The position numbers and the translations under genes were made by a program. DNA of 63,947 nucleotides, the filler included, from Choristocarpus tenellus KU-1152 (taxonomy: Eukaryota > Protista > Phaeophyceae): NCBI GenBank assembly GCA_964200185.2. It is 11 parts of 11 records of this genome, joined end to end, with 100 filler letters (N's around TTAATTAATTAA, not from the genome) between each part and the next. Parts side by side here need not be neighbours in the genome. Positions count along the whole stretch, not along the records: positions 36,769 to 41,083 come from CAXNAD020015145.1; positions 41,184 to 47,014 come from CAXNAD020009651.1; positions 47,115 to 53,327 come from CAXNAD020008671.1; 8 more parts are not named here. One strand, 5' to 3'. The notes under the pieces were generated by a model that did not search any database, was not told the DNA's origin, and worked only from the letters and a program-made list of their open reading frames with translations. Shown one piece after another: positions 37,574 to 48,163 of this stretch. Numbering within the stretch: the first letter of the stretch is position 1; each line of letters opens with the position of its first letter.

Positions 37574-39652
37574 GTGAGTGTGTCTGTGTGTGAATGGACT
37601 GCAGTAGTAGGGGGTAGAGATAAGTAGGGGGTAGGAAGGCATGATTATGGGGAGAGGGGCGAATGATAAAAAAAAATCTGCGATGTGATGTATGCAAAAA
37701 CACATTTCAAGAAAACTATATCCGACCAAAACCAGAACCAGGGAGGGTGGCAATGACATCAATCTCGTGAATACCCACCAATGGGTCTTCAATTTGAATC
37801 AAGAAGTTGAGTCCAAAGTTGTCCTGCTGATAATCAAATAATCAACAGCGTTGACCCTTGATAGTGTCTTTGGCTCATTCCCCCTAAACTCAAAAGGAAC
37901 CTGCACAAGAACCATTTTTTAAATCCTCGATCCAGTGCACGCAGTTTGGAAATGGTACGAGTGATTACCATCAACAGAGCATAGGTATCTATGGAGCTGC
38001 AGTACTCAGTGTCCAAAAAGCATTCTGCCAAAAGTTCAACCGCAACACATGGCATGCGTATGTGTTCCTACCGGGTGAAGAGAATGGTGTGTGGTGTTCA
38101 AACAAAACTTCGGAGAGACTGAACAACCCCAGCAACAAGATCAAGGAGTCAAACGATGCATAGGGTACACTGCACGAAGGAGTGGGTATGCCACAGACTT
38201 GTGCAGCTAGCAAGACTTGTCTGTGCAGATGAAGGTTCTCAGAAAACAAGCTGAATATCCTAACTCCTGTGACCTAGCCCTGCCCCTGGCATAGACAATC
38301 AATATACCAAGCCATGGATTGCTCTCCCAAGATGCTCCAGTCCCCTTTTCCCACCCCAATCAATCCCACCACACCTAAAAATAACTTAAGGTCAAATGGT
38401 TGTCTTGACTCATGAACCTCGCATTAATTACGCAGTTGTCTTTTTCCGTAGGTAACACGCTTTTTAACAGTAATAACATTGAAAGACGAGAAAGAAATTT
38501 CCAATCAAACTGAGCCATGCAGGTGTATTATGTCCTAGGTCCTGCACCTGGTTAGCATACTGCTCGTCGATAAACCTCCCCACCATAATGATTCGCTCCT
38601 TGTTCAGTCGCTGCGAGATGGACATCCACTGGCCTGGGGACCCAAGCTGCTTGTAAATCACCTGTTTCTCAAATACAGCCACGGTGAAGAGTCAGCTCGC
38701 GTAGTAGTGATGGGAAAAAATCTCCAGTCTGCTCATTAACCAGGAGACACAATTATATACTTGTCGGTAAGGGCAAGGTTTCCAGGCCAAACCTTTCGAA
38801 ATGGTAAGGGCATGGGTTCCCAAGACAACTCAGCTGAGACGCCAATTTTTCCACTCAGTAGTTCTGGTTGTAACTTGTGCATTACAAGATTCTGAATGTT
38901 GGGGGGATCTCCACTGTAAGATGTTGTGGTATCGGAAATGCTAGTGATCTCAAATTAATACCTGTTTGAAGGCAAATTGCGTCTCTTCTCTCGTCTTGGG
39001 CTCACCACACCCACAAAGACAGTACCGCTTGTTGAAACATAACGCAGCTTCTACTTTGTAAGCCCTGATGAATTATGAGACTTTATTTATGTGTTCACAT
39101 ATTAAAACACTATGACCATGAGTCCCCATAAATCGTCACTCCTGCTCATGCTCTCAGATGCAACACTACCGTTGACACTTCTGCCAAGAACCCACTGCAA
39201 AGTCAACCGTTGAAGCAATATAGCCTCACCATCGGTGTAGGCAATATTTTGCACAACTATGCTGTCGTTTTTGCCAACATCTACCTTGTTACTCTACGGA
39301 GCACGCTCTCTGACCGCAAGTAGTCCCTCATCTAGGTCATCAGCTGGCTCTACTGTCAACTGCCCTAGTCATGTGTGAGAACGTCCCTGAAATGTGGCTA
39401 GGAGACTAAACACACTCCATCACTCACCATTGGCTCACTGCTGGGCATGCGCAGAATATCTCTCTTTGCCATCATTGCAAGATTGCTTTGTCCATGTGCA
39501 CCTCGTCCCGTATGCTGCCATCTTCGATCTCGTCCACCATTTACTATCACGTGATTCTTTGCTAACGGCGACGAAGTCATGAATGAGTGAGAAATGGAGA
39601 GGAGAGTGGCCGCAACCAGCCATACCAAAGCAACTGACCTCCCCATCGCCAT
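37198..39652 (-). CDS. clpR: Plastid-targeted Clp protease proteolytic-subunit-related protein (non-catalytic ClpR type), 5' part; exons 39652-39428, 38661-38548, 37491-37198
   Basis: Phase-0 exons splice to MAMGRSVALVWLVAATLLSISHS-FMTSS...MPSSEPM|VIYKQLGSPGQWMSISQRLNKERIIMVGRFIDEQYANQ|LIAMLLYFHEED..PITLYFNCPG..GLATGMVSFLVGAG.RGDRAAMPNSRFLMQRT..QGQAQDIAIE. ClpP-fold motifs are present, but the catalytic Ser (GLAAS) is Gly and the His (MIHQP) is Gln. Confidence 0.93.
37518..37576. repeat. Compound microsatellite (TG)n(AG)n
   Basis: Directly visible; lies ~25 nt upstream of the clpR exon 3 acceptor. Confidence 0.95.
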
Positions 39653-40848
39653 GCTTCGGGTAGGGTGGTCCCTAATTGAGGACACCTGTCAACTCCGATC
39701 TCTGGTCTCTTGGCCTTTGATAACTCCCAAAAGCAAGGGAAAAACAGGACCAACGATCTCCACGATCAAAATACAAGGTTGGACGCCTGTCAAGTAAAGA
39801 ATTTGGTGTACTAGTAGGGTTGTGGTCGTTCTTTGTGCTTAGGGATTTGGAGGTGCAATATACAAGTGAGTGTTTTCAAAGCACAAAATACGATGCCGTA
39901 CTTTGGGACCGACGCCAGTTTGGATGTGTTTCAACACAAGTTATAAAACGTACAACAGTGTTACAAAGACAACGCTCAGGACGGATTGTGTCAATGATGA
40001 CACAACAAGCAGAATTCTTGTGGAGTGTCTGCCATATGCTTCAAGGTGGAGATGTCTACCAAGATGATAGCTCAGCAGGGGGTGAGACAACTATATACTT
40101 CAGAATATTGTTGATTGGAATTAAAACTGCAGAAGTGTAATTGGGAGTGGGGGAGGAGGACAGGGCATTGGTGGGAGGAGGGCATGAAGACACGCCTGTG
40201 AGAGACTGATTGGTGGTGACATAAGCCTTTGTTAATCAATAACGTCGAGCCATCACATGCAAATTAACTAGGAGATGCCCAGCTGGCTGGTAGGTGGTTG
40301 ACTGCCTAGGTGGAGTTGAGAGATCCTGGTGGTGGAAAATTCTTCACTCGACACGACTATAAATCTACGGGTGCCTGTACCTTCTTTAAAACACACTATT
40401 AATAATAGTATTCCAGATATGTATAACTTTTGAATAATTTATTTTGTTGGTTGATTGTCCTGGTTGACGCAGTAACAATAATAGTAACGGGAAATAATAC
40501 AACAAAAAAGCTCAGCAACCAACCTGTCACATCAGGCGTTCGTCGATTATACTACAGCAATACGAAGCGTGGAGGAGAATTTCTGTTGTTTTTGTTGTGT
40601 TTTGTGGTAAAATGTCCAGTTATTTTGTCTTCTTTCTTTGTGAGGTCTCTATCTTTGCCATTATCTTTTACTCAACACAAAATATTGGACCAGGAGGGCC
40701 TGACTGCTGAATTCTCCCCTGATTTCTGCAGTGCCTTCTTCATGGTTTGTTCTGCTTAGTAGTAGTGCTGAAGTAGTAGTAGTAATCAAGAATGACAGCA
40801 GCTAGCTGTATCAACAAGCATCTATCTCTGATTTTTTGGATGTTGTTG

Positions 40849-41083
40849 TAACAGCGGATCATGATAATGTCGGATGGATCATTTCATGAAGGATGGGTTT
40901 GACCGAAATGGTGCGCGGAAAGTGCCCATATGTTTTTTTGGTAAGTGTCATAAAACCTTTTTTTGGGCCCCTTTTTGAATGCAATGTATTATTGTTGAAA
41001 AAAATTCGGCGCTTGTTGTGGAGGGCACCGCTACGATTCGGAAGCGACGTCGACCAAGCCAAAGGTAGAAGGACAGACGGACC
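40849..41083 (+). mobile_element. Dispersed repeat family F, truncated by contig end
   Basis: TAACAGCGGAT...GGATGGGTTTGACCGAAATGGTGCGCGGAAAGTGCCCATATGTTTTTTTG matches the reverse complement of 3770-3908. Confidence 0.75.
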
Positions 41084-41183
41084 NNNNNNNNNNNNNNNNN
41101 NNNNNNNNNNNNNNNNNNNNNNNNNNNTTAATTAATTAANNNNNNNNNNNNNNNNNNNNNNNNNNNNNNNNNNNNNNNNNNNN
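41084..41183. other. Artificial contig spacer
   Basis: N44-TTAATTAATTAA-N44. Confidence 0.98.
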
Positions 41184-41242
41184 CATGCCACCCTTGTCCT
41201 TTCATCTCCCTCCTGCACCCTTTTTTTTTCTGTGCACCCCAG

Positions 41243-41812
41243 AGTTCATGGGGCAGGGCTAGCAAACAGTGTGTTCTGTGCCCCTGGCACAGTATTGGTG
41301 GAGGTACGCTTGCCTGAGCCAGAGGTAAGATCACCTGTGTGGATTAGCGAGCACACATTAGTTTGTTTGGTGTGCTAATCCGAAGTACAAGTTTGCTGTA
41401 GCATTTTTGGGGGAGGAAGGTTGACTCGTGACACTTGATGCCAAATAAGCTCAGCCATTTCTCAAGTCGATCGCCTTGTGTTTGAAGAAATGACGGTTTT
41501 ATTCTGACTTATACTCGATTTGCTTGCTTACGGCACTCTGGTGTAGTTAGTCCCCATAGCCTGTCCTCTCTACCTGTACATGCAACATAAATCGTCACTC
41601 ATTTAATGCATGTAATATTATGTTTTCTGTCCACATTGTTTCCCTTTATTCAGTTCAACATGTTTGAGCATCTTGCAGCAGCACTGGACCTCTACTATGT
41701 GAACACTGAACAGCTTCCCCCGAACCAGTTTGAGTCAAGGGTGTATGTTAATGTTGCCAGTCTAGGACATGCTGTGTCCAAGGTTGCCTCAGAGCTGCTA
41801 CATCGTATATAG
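41243..41812 (+). CDS. Glycosyltransferase family 61 (DUF563)-like protein, last two exons 41243-41324 and 41654-41812
   Basis: Splices to (G)VHGAGLANSVFCAPGTVLVEVRLPEPE|FNMFEHLAAALDLYYVN...LHRI*. HGAGL.N..F...G..V.E followed by LA..L.L.Y is the GT61 signature. Confidence 0.88.
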
Positions 41813-42941
41813 TAGAATGATTCTTTCTAGGAAATGAGATGTCGAGTCCACTCAAGAGCACTGAGTAGCATGGTGGTATTTTGCATGCAATAAAGTACTC
41901 TAGCATTCAAAGCATACACAGTACGAGTGCAGTAGTCGCACAGCCAGAATCTCCAGTCCATCCTTCTTAGGATCTGTTTTGGTCCCATGCTCATTGACTC
42001 TCGTTGTTGGGCTCTTGATCTAGTATGGGTCCATCTACTCCTTCTTCGGACAGTCTTGCCTGGTTCCATATTTCTTGTCATTGGGGTCTGATGGGTTCTG
42101 CCACATTGTAATACCCATTGGAACATGCTTGTATTAAGGTGTGACGCTCAGGCAAATTGGCACCCTTGATAGTCAACAGTGTAGATCTCAAACACTGTTA
42201 TACTATCAATTTTTCAAGTAAGGCACACGTGACACCTGAGATGGAGGCTCAGATGAGGTAGTGACTCATGTAGCGGGTTGTAGGGGGGGCAGGGGGTATA
42301 GCAGAATGGAGGCTGAGAATGTATGCCATGGACAGTTTGTGTCAGCAAAGCTCAAGAGGTGTTGTCAGGGTGCATCATGTGCCTTATTTTGAGACACTGG
42401 ACTCGTGGGTCAGACGGTACGACAGACTCCTGTAGTTCTGCACACGTTTTTTATCGATTCTTGTTATTACATTGGTGAGACTATACCACCTGTGGTATAT
42501 TACTCTCTTTGTTGACATCATTGTAGTTTCTCATGTGTTCCTTGCATTCTGTCTTTCTTGAGTCTACCACTGCCATAGTCTGAAAGTTGAAAATTTTCTC
42601 GGGAAGTAAGGAAACATATGCTAAAAATGGATTATATCTAAACTGAGACATGGAAAACGTGTAGCTAATGTCCAAGGTGGGGATTCAGCAACCCATATAA
42701 GGCTATCAGTTCAGGGGAGCAACACTGTGCCTAGCTTACAACAGAGTAGAAAGGTCTCAAAGAGTCTCTTCTGTATTATACGGCAAGTATCCACACGGCA
42801 AGTCAGTGGGCCCCCTCTTGTGTTCAGAAATCACCCCCACCACCCAACTCTGCATAACCATCAACCAATATTCGAATAAGCTGGGACGCACGTTTGGACT
42901 TACACCAAGGACTTAGCAGCAAGTAGAGTGAAGGTACATCT

Positions 42942-43202
42942 GAGCCAAAACAATTGAGAGGTAGGCAGGTTTGGATCCGTTTGCATTCTAAGCCATCTTT
43001 CTTACCCTGTGCAACAGATTTTGTTTCATTTTCTTTTATGCACAATGGTGTACACATATTGATATTTCGACTTTCCACAAAGAAAGTGACACCACAATTC
43101 AGTGAAAATTCCTTCTGCAATTATTGTACAAAATTGCGTATTTTTGCCCTTTCTTGGAATCCTTAAAACGGAACCTTGCCCACCTCTCAATTGGTTTGAC
43201 TT
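42942..43202 (+). mobile_element. MITE family C, complete copy
   Basis: TIRs GAGCCAAAACAATTGAGAGGTAGGCAGG / CCTTGCCCACCTCTCAATTGGTTTGACTT, flanked by ATCT on both sides. Confidence 0.85.
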
Positions 43203-44793
43203 ATCTGTGAGGGGCGAAGATCACTGGTAGTGGTTCATCTTGCTGTTTGTGGGCTTCTGGGCCACATGAAGAGTTTCCTAGAAGCCATCACATGGCTTGA
43301 CTCAAAAGTACGATAACACAAAGAAGATGGTTTGAAATGAACCACAGGAGGTTTCTGATAGCTCTGCAGCCTGTCTTTGATCAATAAGGGTGCTGCTCAA
43401 ATTAAAACAAAACCACAATGAAGTCAGGGCGCTGCCCATTGATGGCGGTTTCCCTGTCATCCAACTGTGTGCACATTCTGTATTTCTCTCGTTCATCTGA
43501 AAAACGAAAGTGACCATACTACATGGCATTAAAATACATGCACGGAGGCCAAAACAGACATATGAAGAGGTTGTCATGTTGCCTGGAAAACACTTTTCAG
43601 GCAACCATAGCCACAAACCACTTTACTCCTGTGTACAATCTGCATACTGGAAAACCTGTTGCTACACCACAACATGGATGCACATGTGGTTAACGGATTA
43701 GGACCATTCAAAGGATACATCTTTGCTATTCTTTACTCAGCAAACTCGTCATTATGCTAATACACCAGTACTTGCTAAGGCAATTTCTATTTTTGCAATA
43801 TTCGTGCAGAACAATAATGTTTGGTGGTGCAGTGTGGTTTCTGAAGATTATGCCTATCACTCTTGATGTACAAAAATACCTTCATTGTAAGTAGTAAATA
43901 CTCAGTTTGTTGTGTACATATTCGTGTTCTCTGCCTTATTTATTGCCTCATTCCCCCCCCATCACAGCACCTATTTGCAGAATGCCAGTGGGCATAATAT
44001 AATACATAGTATGACGTGTAACTTCATCCAGCGTTACCCGATTATGGGCAGTAGATGAGGCAATGAATAATATCTTGTACATATATATGGTGGTGCACGC
44101 TCATATTCAAAAAGCCCCAAATATGCCCGAATTTTGTCCATTCTCGACGAAAAGCAGTACCACAAACGGTTCAAAGGACGTACATGATGGTCAGCTTTTC
44201 CCAAGGGATTACTGCCACCCCACTGTTGTGATGCGCCAGGAGCTCATTCAGTCCAGGGGGAAGACGGCTTGTACAAGAAGAAGTTCTTGCACAAAAAAGC
44301 ACCTTTTTCGTACTAAGATAATTTGGTTGCTGTTGGGTACATTGTAAAGAACATGGAACCATTGAGAACAACGAAACAAATAGTCATTCAAAATATTCCA
44401 ATGCCACGATTTTGTTTAAATTTTTCGCCCGTTTATCGACCTCAAATTACAAAAAATATCAGATTTACGTCAGATTTGGACAACCACAACAGTATCACAA
44501 AAGCCTCCCAAAGAAAAGATGGGGATGTGGCAGTAGTGTAATTGGAATATCCAATGTTGTTGGTGAAGCGTAGGGGAATGCAGAAACAAAAAACAGAACA
44601 AAACCAGAAAATAAATAGAAACAAAACTGAGATTTTCGCATTTCGAGAAAATCCTAAAACAAACACAGGGACCGCACACAGTTCGTCTTCGATGAAAGGT
44701 GACGTAGATCGTCCTTGCGAGTTAGTATGCATTAAACCAGATATAATTATTCTTGCAAGTTGATTGCCTGACGACAGCATTGAGGGGCTGATC

Positions 44794-44811
44794 GGGTTAG
44801 GGTTAGGGTTT
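44794..44811 (+). repeat. Interstitial telomere-like tract
   Basis: GGGTTAGGGTTAGGGTTT. Confidence 0.7.
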
Positions 44812-45957
44812 AGTTGATAAGCCTCAACTTGATCTAGAACAACCGTATCTCAGATACCGTAACAATATTAATTACATAACCACTTTCCCCAAATCAACCC
44901 AGAAAATTTAATAATATACCGAGTATCTTGATCTATCCACACCAAGAGGCACTCATATTCTGAAATGGTTTGTCGATATTCTTTGAACCCCAATCAAAGA
45001 TATCTGTTCTACGCATGCGTGGCTTGTTAGGTATCTGCGGTCATTGAAATGTTATTTTTCACACTAAAAAATTATGACTGTGAGCTGCACGACACCTCCC
45101 TTCAAAAATATGAAGAAATAAAAATTCAAATTAAAAAAATATAGCAAAATATTTTTTCTCAATTTCTTTCAAGTATCTACTTCAAAGGCAAGGGTGGCAT
45201 TATGGCAATCCCCTACTGCAGTATTCATGTGTATGTTGCTTCAAGGATGAGGCACACAACAAAAATATTGTACACAAGTACTACCAGTTCGGGGAATGGA
45301 GAAGGGGGGGAATGTGTACGTAATGAGCATGTGGATGGCGGGTTCGAGAAGAGAACAACATATTAAATTGAGTACAATGAACTCTACAGTAAGGCCTTAC
45401 AACACTTTTCTAGTTTCTGCCAATTTGTAGCCTGGAGGCAGTAAGGCAGTAGTACACTACATTAAAAATCATTACATGTAAATGAATGTATTGTTTATTA
45501 TGTCAACAGAAGAAGGATATACAATGAAGAAGGACAACATACAGGGAGATCCACAGGTGGACAGACCCCCACACTGAAACACACCTCAAACACACTCCAA
45601 AAATACAACACTAGCCATCCGCCATCCCAGGGCAAAAGCATTTCTTGTAATGCATAGCACCGTAGGTTTAGAAATAACCTTTTAGGATTGCAGTCATCGG
45701 ATCGATCCGATTTGAGTATTATCACAGAGTATGATCAAAACCGAAAATTGAGGACTGGTTTTCCTACTATTTTCTATTTCTTCTCTGGAATGTTTGGAAG
45801 AGAGAAGGACAAAGACAGGGCACACATACAACCACAAAAACTCCATAAACATAACATAACTGCATTAAAAGTCATGGAAGTACCTAGGTACTCTAAAGAG
45901 AGTGAAGATGAGTTCCAACATGAGTAAGACTTTGACCCATCTCCTGGATATGCCCTT

Positions 45958-46390
45958 ATGCTTGTGGAGGGTGCTTGCAAGGATAGTGAAGAGTCAGATA
46001 AAGGCGAAGAATTTGTCTCAAAGGCAAACACTGACACATCAATGGTTAAGATGGGTCGCCTACTGGACGAGCACCATCATTTCACATCCCACCACTTCAT
46101 AGATCTCTGTTTGGAGTGTGTGACCGGTATAGCATTCAACAGGGAAGGTGTAAAAGATGTAATGAAATCAGCTCAAGTACCTGGTGGTGCATGTTCAAAG
46201 TCCAGCTAGTGCAAGGAGGGCTCGGAGTACATTTGCAGGATATATACCAACTCGTTGGTGGTCCACTTATTTCATCGTGAACCTCTTCCTGTACCTCAAA
46301 CCTGCCGTTACTCTCCTCTTACACATTGATGGTCACCCAAAGCATATGTTCTCACTTGAGTGGGAGGTACGTACTTGGAAGCAATTCTAG
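45958..46390 (+). pseudogene. hAT-superfamily transposase relic
   Basis: FVSKANTDTSMVKMGRLL (second catalytic D region), decayed CxxH region then TGIAFNREGVKDVMKSA, and after a frameshift IPTRWWSTYFIVNLFLYLKPAV...SLEWEV (hAT TRWxS motif). Confidence 0.8.
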
Positions 46391-46441
46391 AGGGGATGAA
46401 GCAGAGAAGTCACCTTTCACCTGTCTAACATTTTGACAAAT

Positions 46442-46700
46442 GAGCAAAAGTAAAGAAGAGGTAAACACACAGTTTTCGACTGTCTTGCATTCTAAGCCAC
46501 TGTTTTAATCTTCAGCAATTCAACCGTATTTTCATGGATGAACTACAAAAAGTGATTTGTGAGCGTTTATTTCTCTACTGTTCAAATATTTTCGACAGAA
46601 TTAAGAAAATTCCCTGCATACATTTATACAAAATGCCGACATTTGCACGTCTTTGTCAGCACCCTAGAAATGCCATCTTGAGTACCTCTCGCTTTGATCC
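46442..46700 (+). mobile_element. MITE family C-related element
   Basis: Ends GAGCAAAAGTAAAGAAGAGGTA / TACCTCTCGCTTTGATCC. Shares TTGCATTCTAAGCCA with 42942; interior matches 8420-8525. Confidence 0.7.
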
Positions 46701-46794
46701 GAGCCAAAGTATCTTAGAGGGTAGAGCCGCGTCCATTTGGTGGTCAAAATCCAATGTTGCGATTTTGATGTAGTTTTGGCTATCATGTTTGTTA
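46701..46794 (+). mobile_element. MITE family B, left arm only, interrupted by unrelated sequence
   Basis: GAGCCAAAGTATCTTAGAGGGTAGAGCCGCGTCCATTTGG ... TGTTTGTTA, then an abrupt switch to CCCAGTGTTCGC. Confidence 0.85.
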
Positions 46795-47014
46795 CCCAGT
46801 GTTCGCTTGCCTTGAATTCGCTGAGCCGCTGGCGTTTTTCGTCGACCAAAAACGTAAAGATTACAGTCGCACTGCTTAAAAACCGCACGATACAAAAGTA
46901 CTGTAGACGCACCTCGGGAAACTTGGGCCCTTTGAGAGACTTTGCTTTCCCTGCTCCCGGTCTCGAATGGAGTTGCTCCATGATTTTATTTTCTTCAGTA
47001 CGGATTTTCCTCAC

Positions 47015-47114
47015 NNNNNNNNNNNNNNNNNNNNNNNNNNNNNNNNNNNNNNNNNNNNTTAATTAATTAANNNNNNNNNNNNNNNNNNNNNNNNNNNNNN
47101 NNNNNNNNNNNNNN
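47015..47114. other. Artificial contig spacer
   Basis: N44-TTAATTAATTAA-N44. Confidence 0.98.
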
Positions 47115-48163
47115 GGGGGGGAGGCATCCGACAACTGTTGTTTATGTTACTGCACAGCATGCATTTATTATTGATGTATACGCCTGTGTATAATTGTGTC
47201 AGCCAAAGCGTCGAAATGGGCTGAAAATATAAATATAAATAATAATAGGAATAACAATACTGCTGTACATGTTTCAGAGACAGTTCACATACGTATGTGG
47301 TTTATCAGGACCAATCAGAGGGGGGCAAACACCCGTGGTCAGAAAAAGGTAGTTGAGACGGGGAAAAATAACACACTGGTTGAAAAAAAAGAAGACAAAA
47401 CGAAAAAAAAAGGACAGAAACAAGGTATAGAAAGAATCAATTCTACATCCAAGTGTGGACAAAATAAAAAATAACCCACCTGTCCATGACACGTAATAAC
47501 TGAAATTCAGTCAACCCTGTCTCTCCTTTCACCTATTTACAACCAGGCTACAATTGCCTACTACTCTTGGGGGGGGGGCTGCTCAAGATTTCAATTACAC
47601 AAAGCTCACACATGTATTAGTGTGCAGACGATTGAAATCCTGCGTCTAGCGACAAATCTTTCAGAGCTGAAAATATTACTACATAGCGCCACAGAGCACT
47701 AAAAAAAAACACATGTTAACACACTTGAAGACAAATGTGTATCCTTGCCATCATTTAAAATGTGTGCTTTCAAAGTACTCAAGTTGGGGGGGTATATTCA
47801 TCCATTTGTCTCTATGTGTATGTGAACTCTATGCACTCCACTGCACTTACTCTGTAGCAACAATTACCTCACTATTACGATACTACATGAAACGTGCTCA
47901 CCTTCATGCGCACAGACCATAAAACACTAGAAAGAAAAGGTATTCACTGCTTCAGAATGCACTCGTAACCCTAACCTTAACCCCCCAAATAACCAAGGTT
48001 TCCCACCAGCCTGGCAGGTTCAAATGGTCCCATCCCCTTGCCCAACTGATCCCACAATTATCTGACAAGTCCAGACCACATCCACTAGGTACTGTACCAG
48101 TGTCCCATGTCTGCTGGCCCTACCAGGCCTAGCATTCTCCAACACGCCCACACTCATGCCTAC

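Noticed and set aside
47600-47930. Further ATPase M8-M9 exons (e.g. VLWSVRMK|GTGAG near 47900)
   Set aside because: Could not be joined with consistent phases or convincing similarity.
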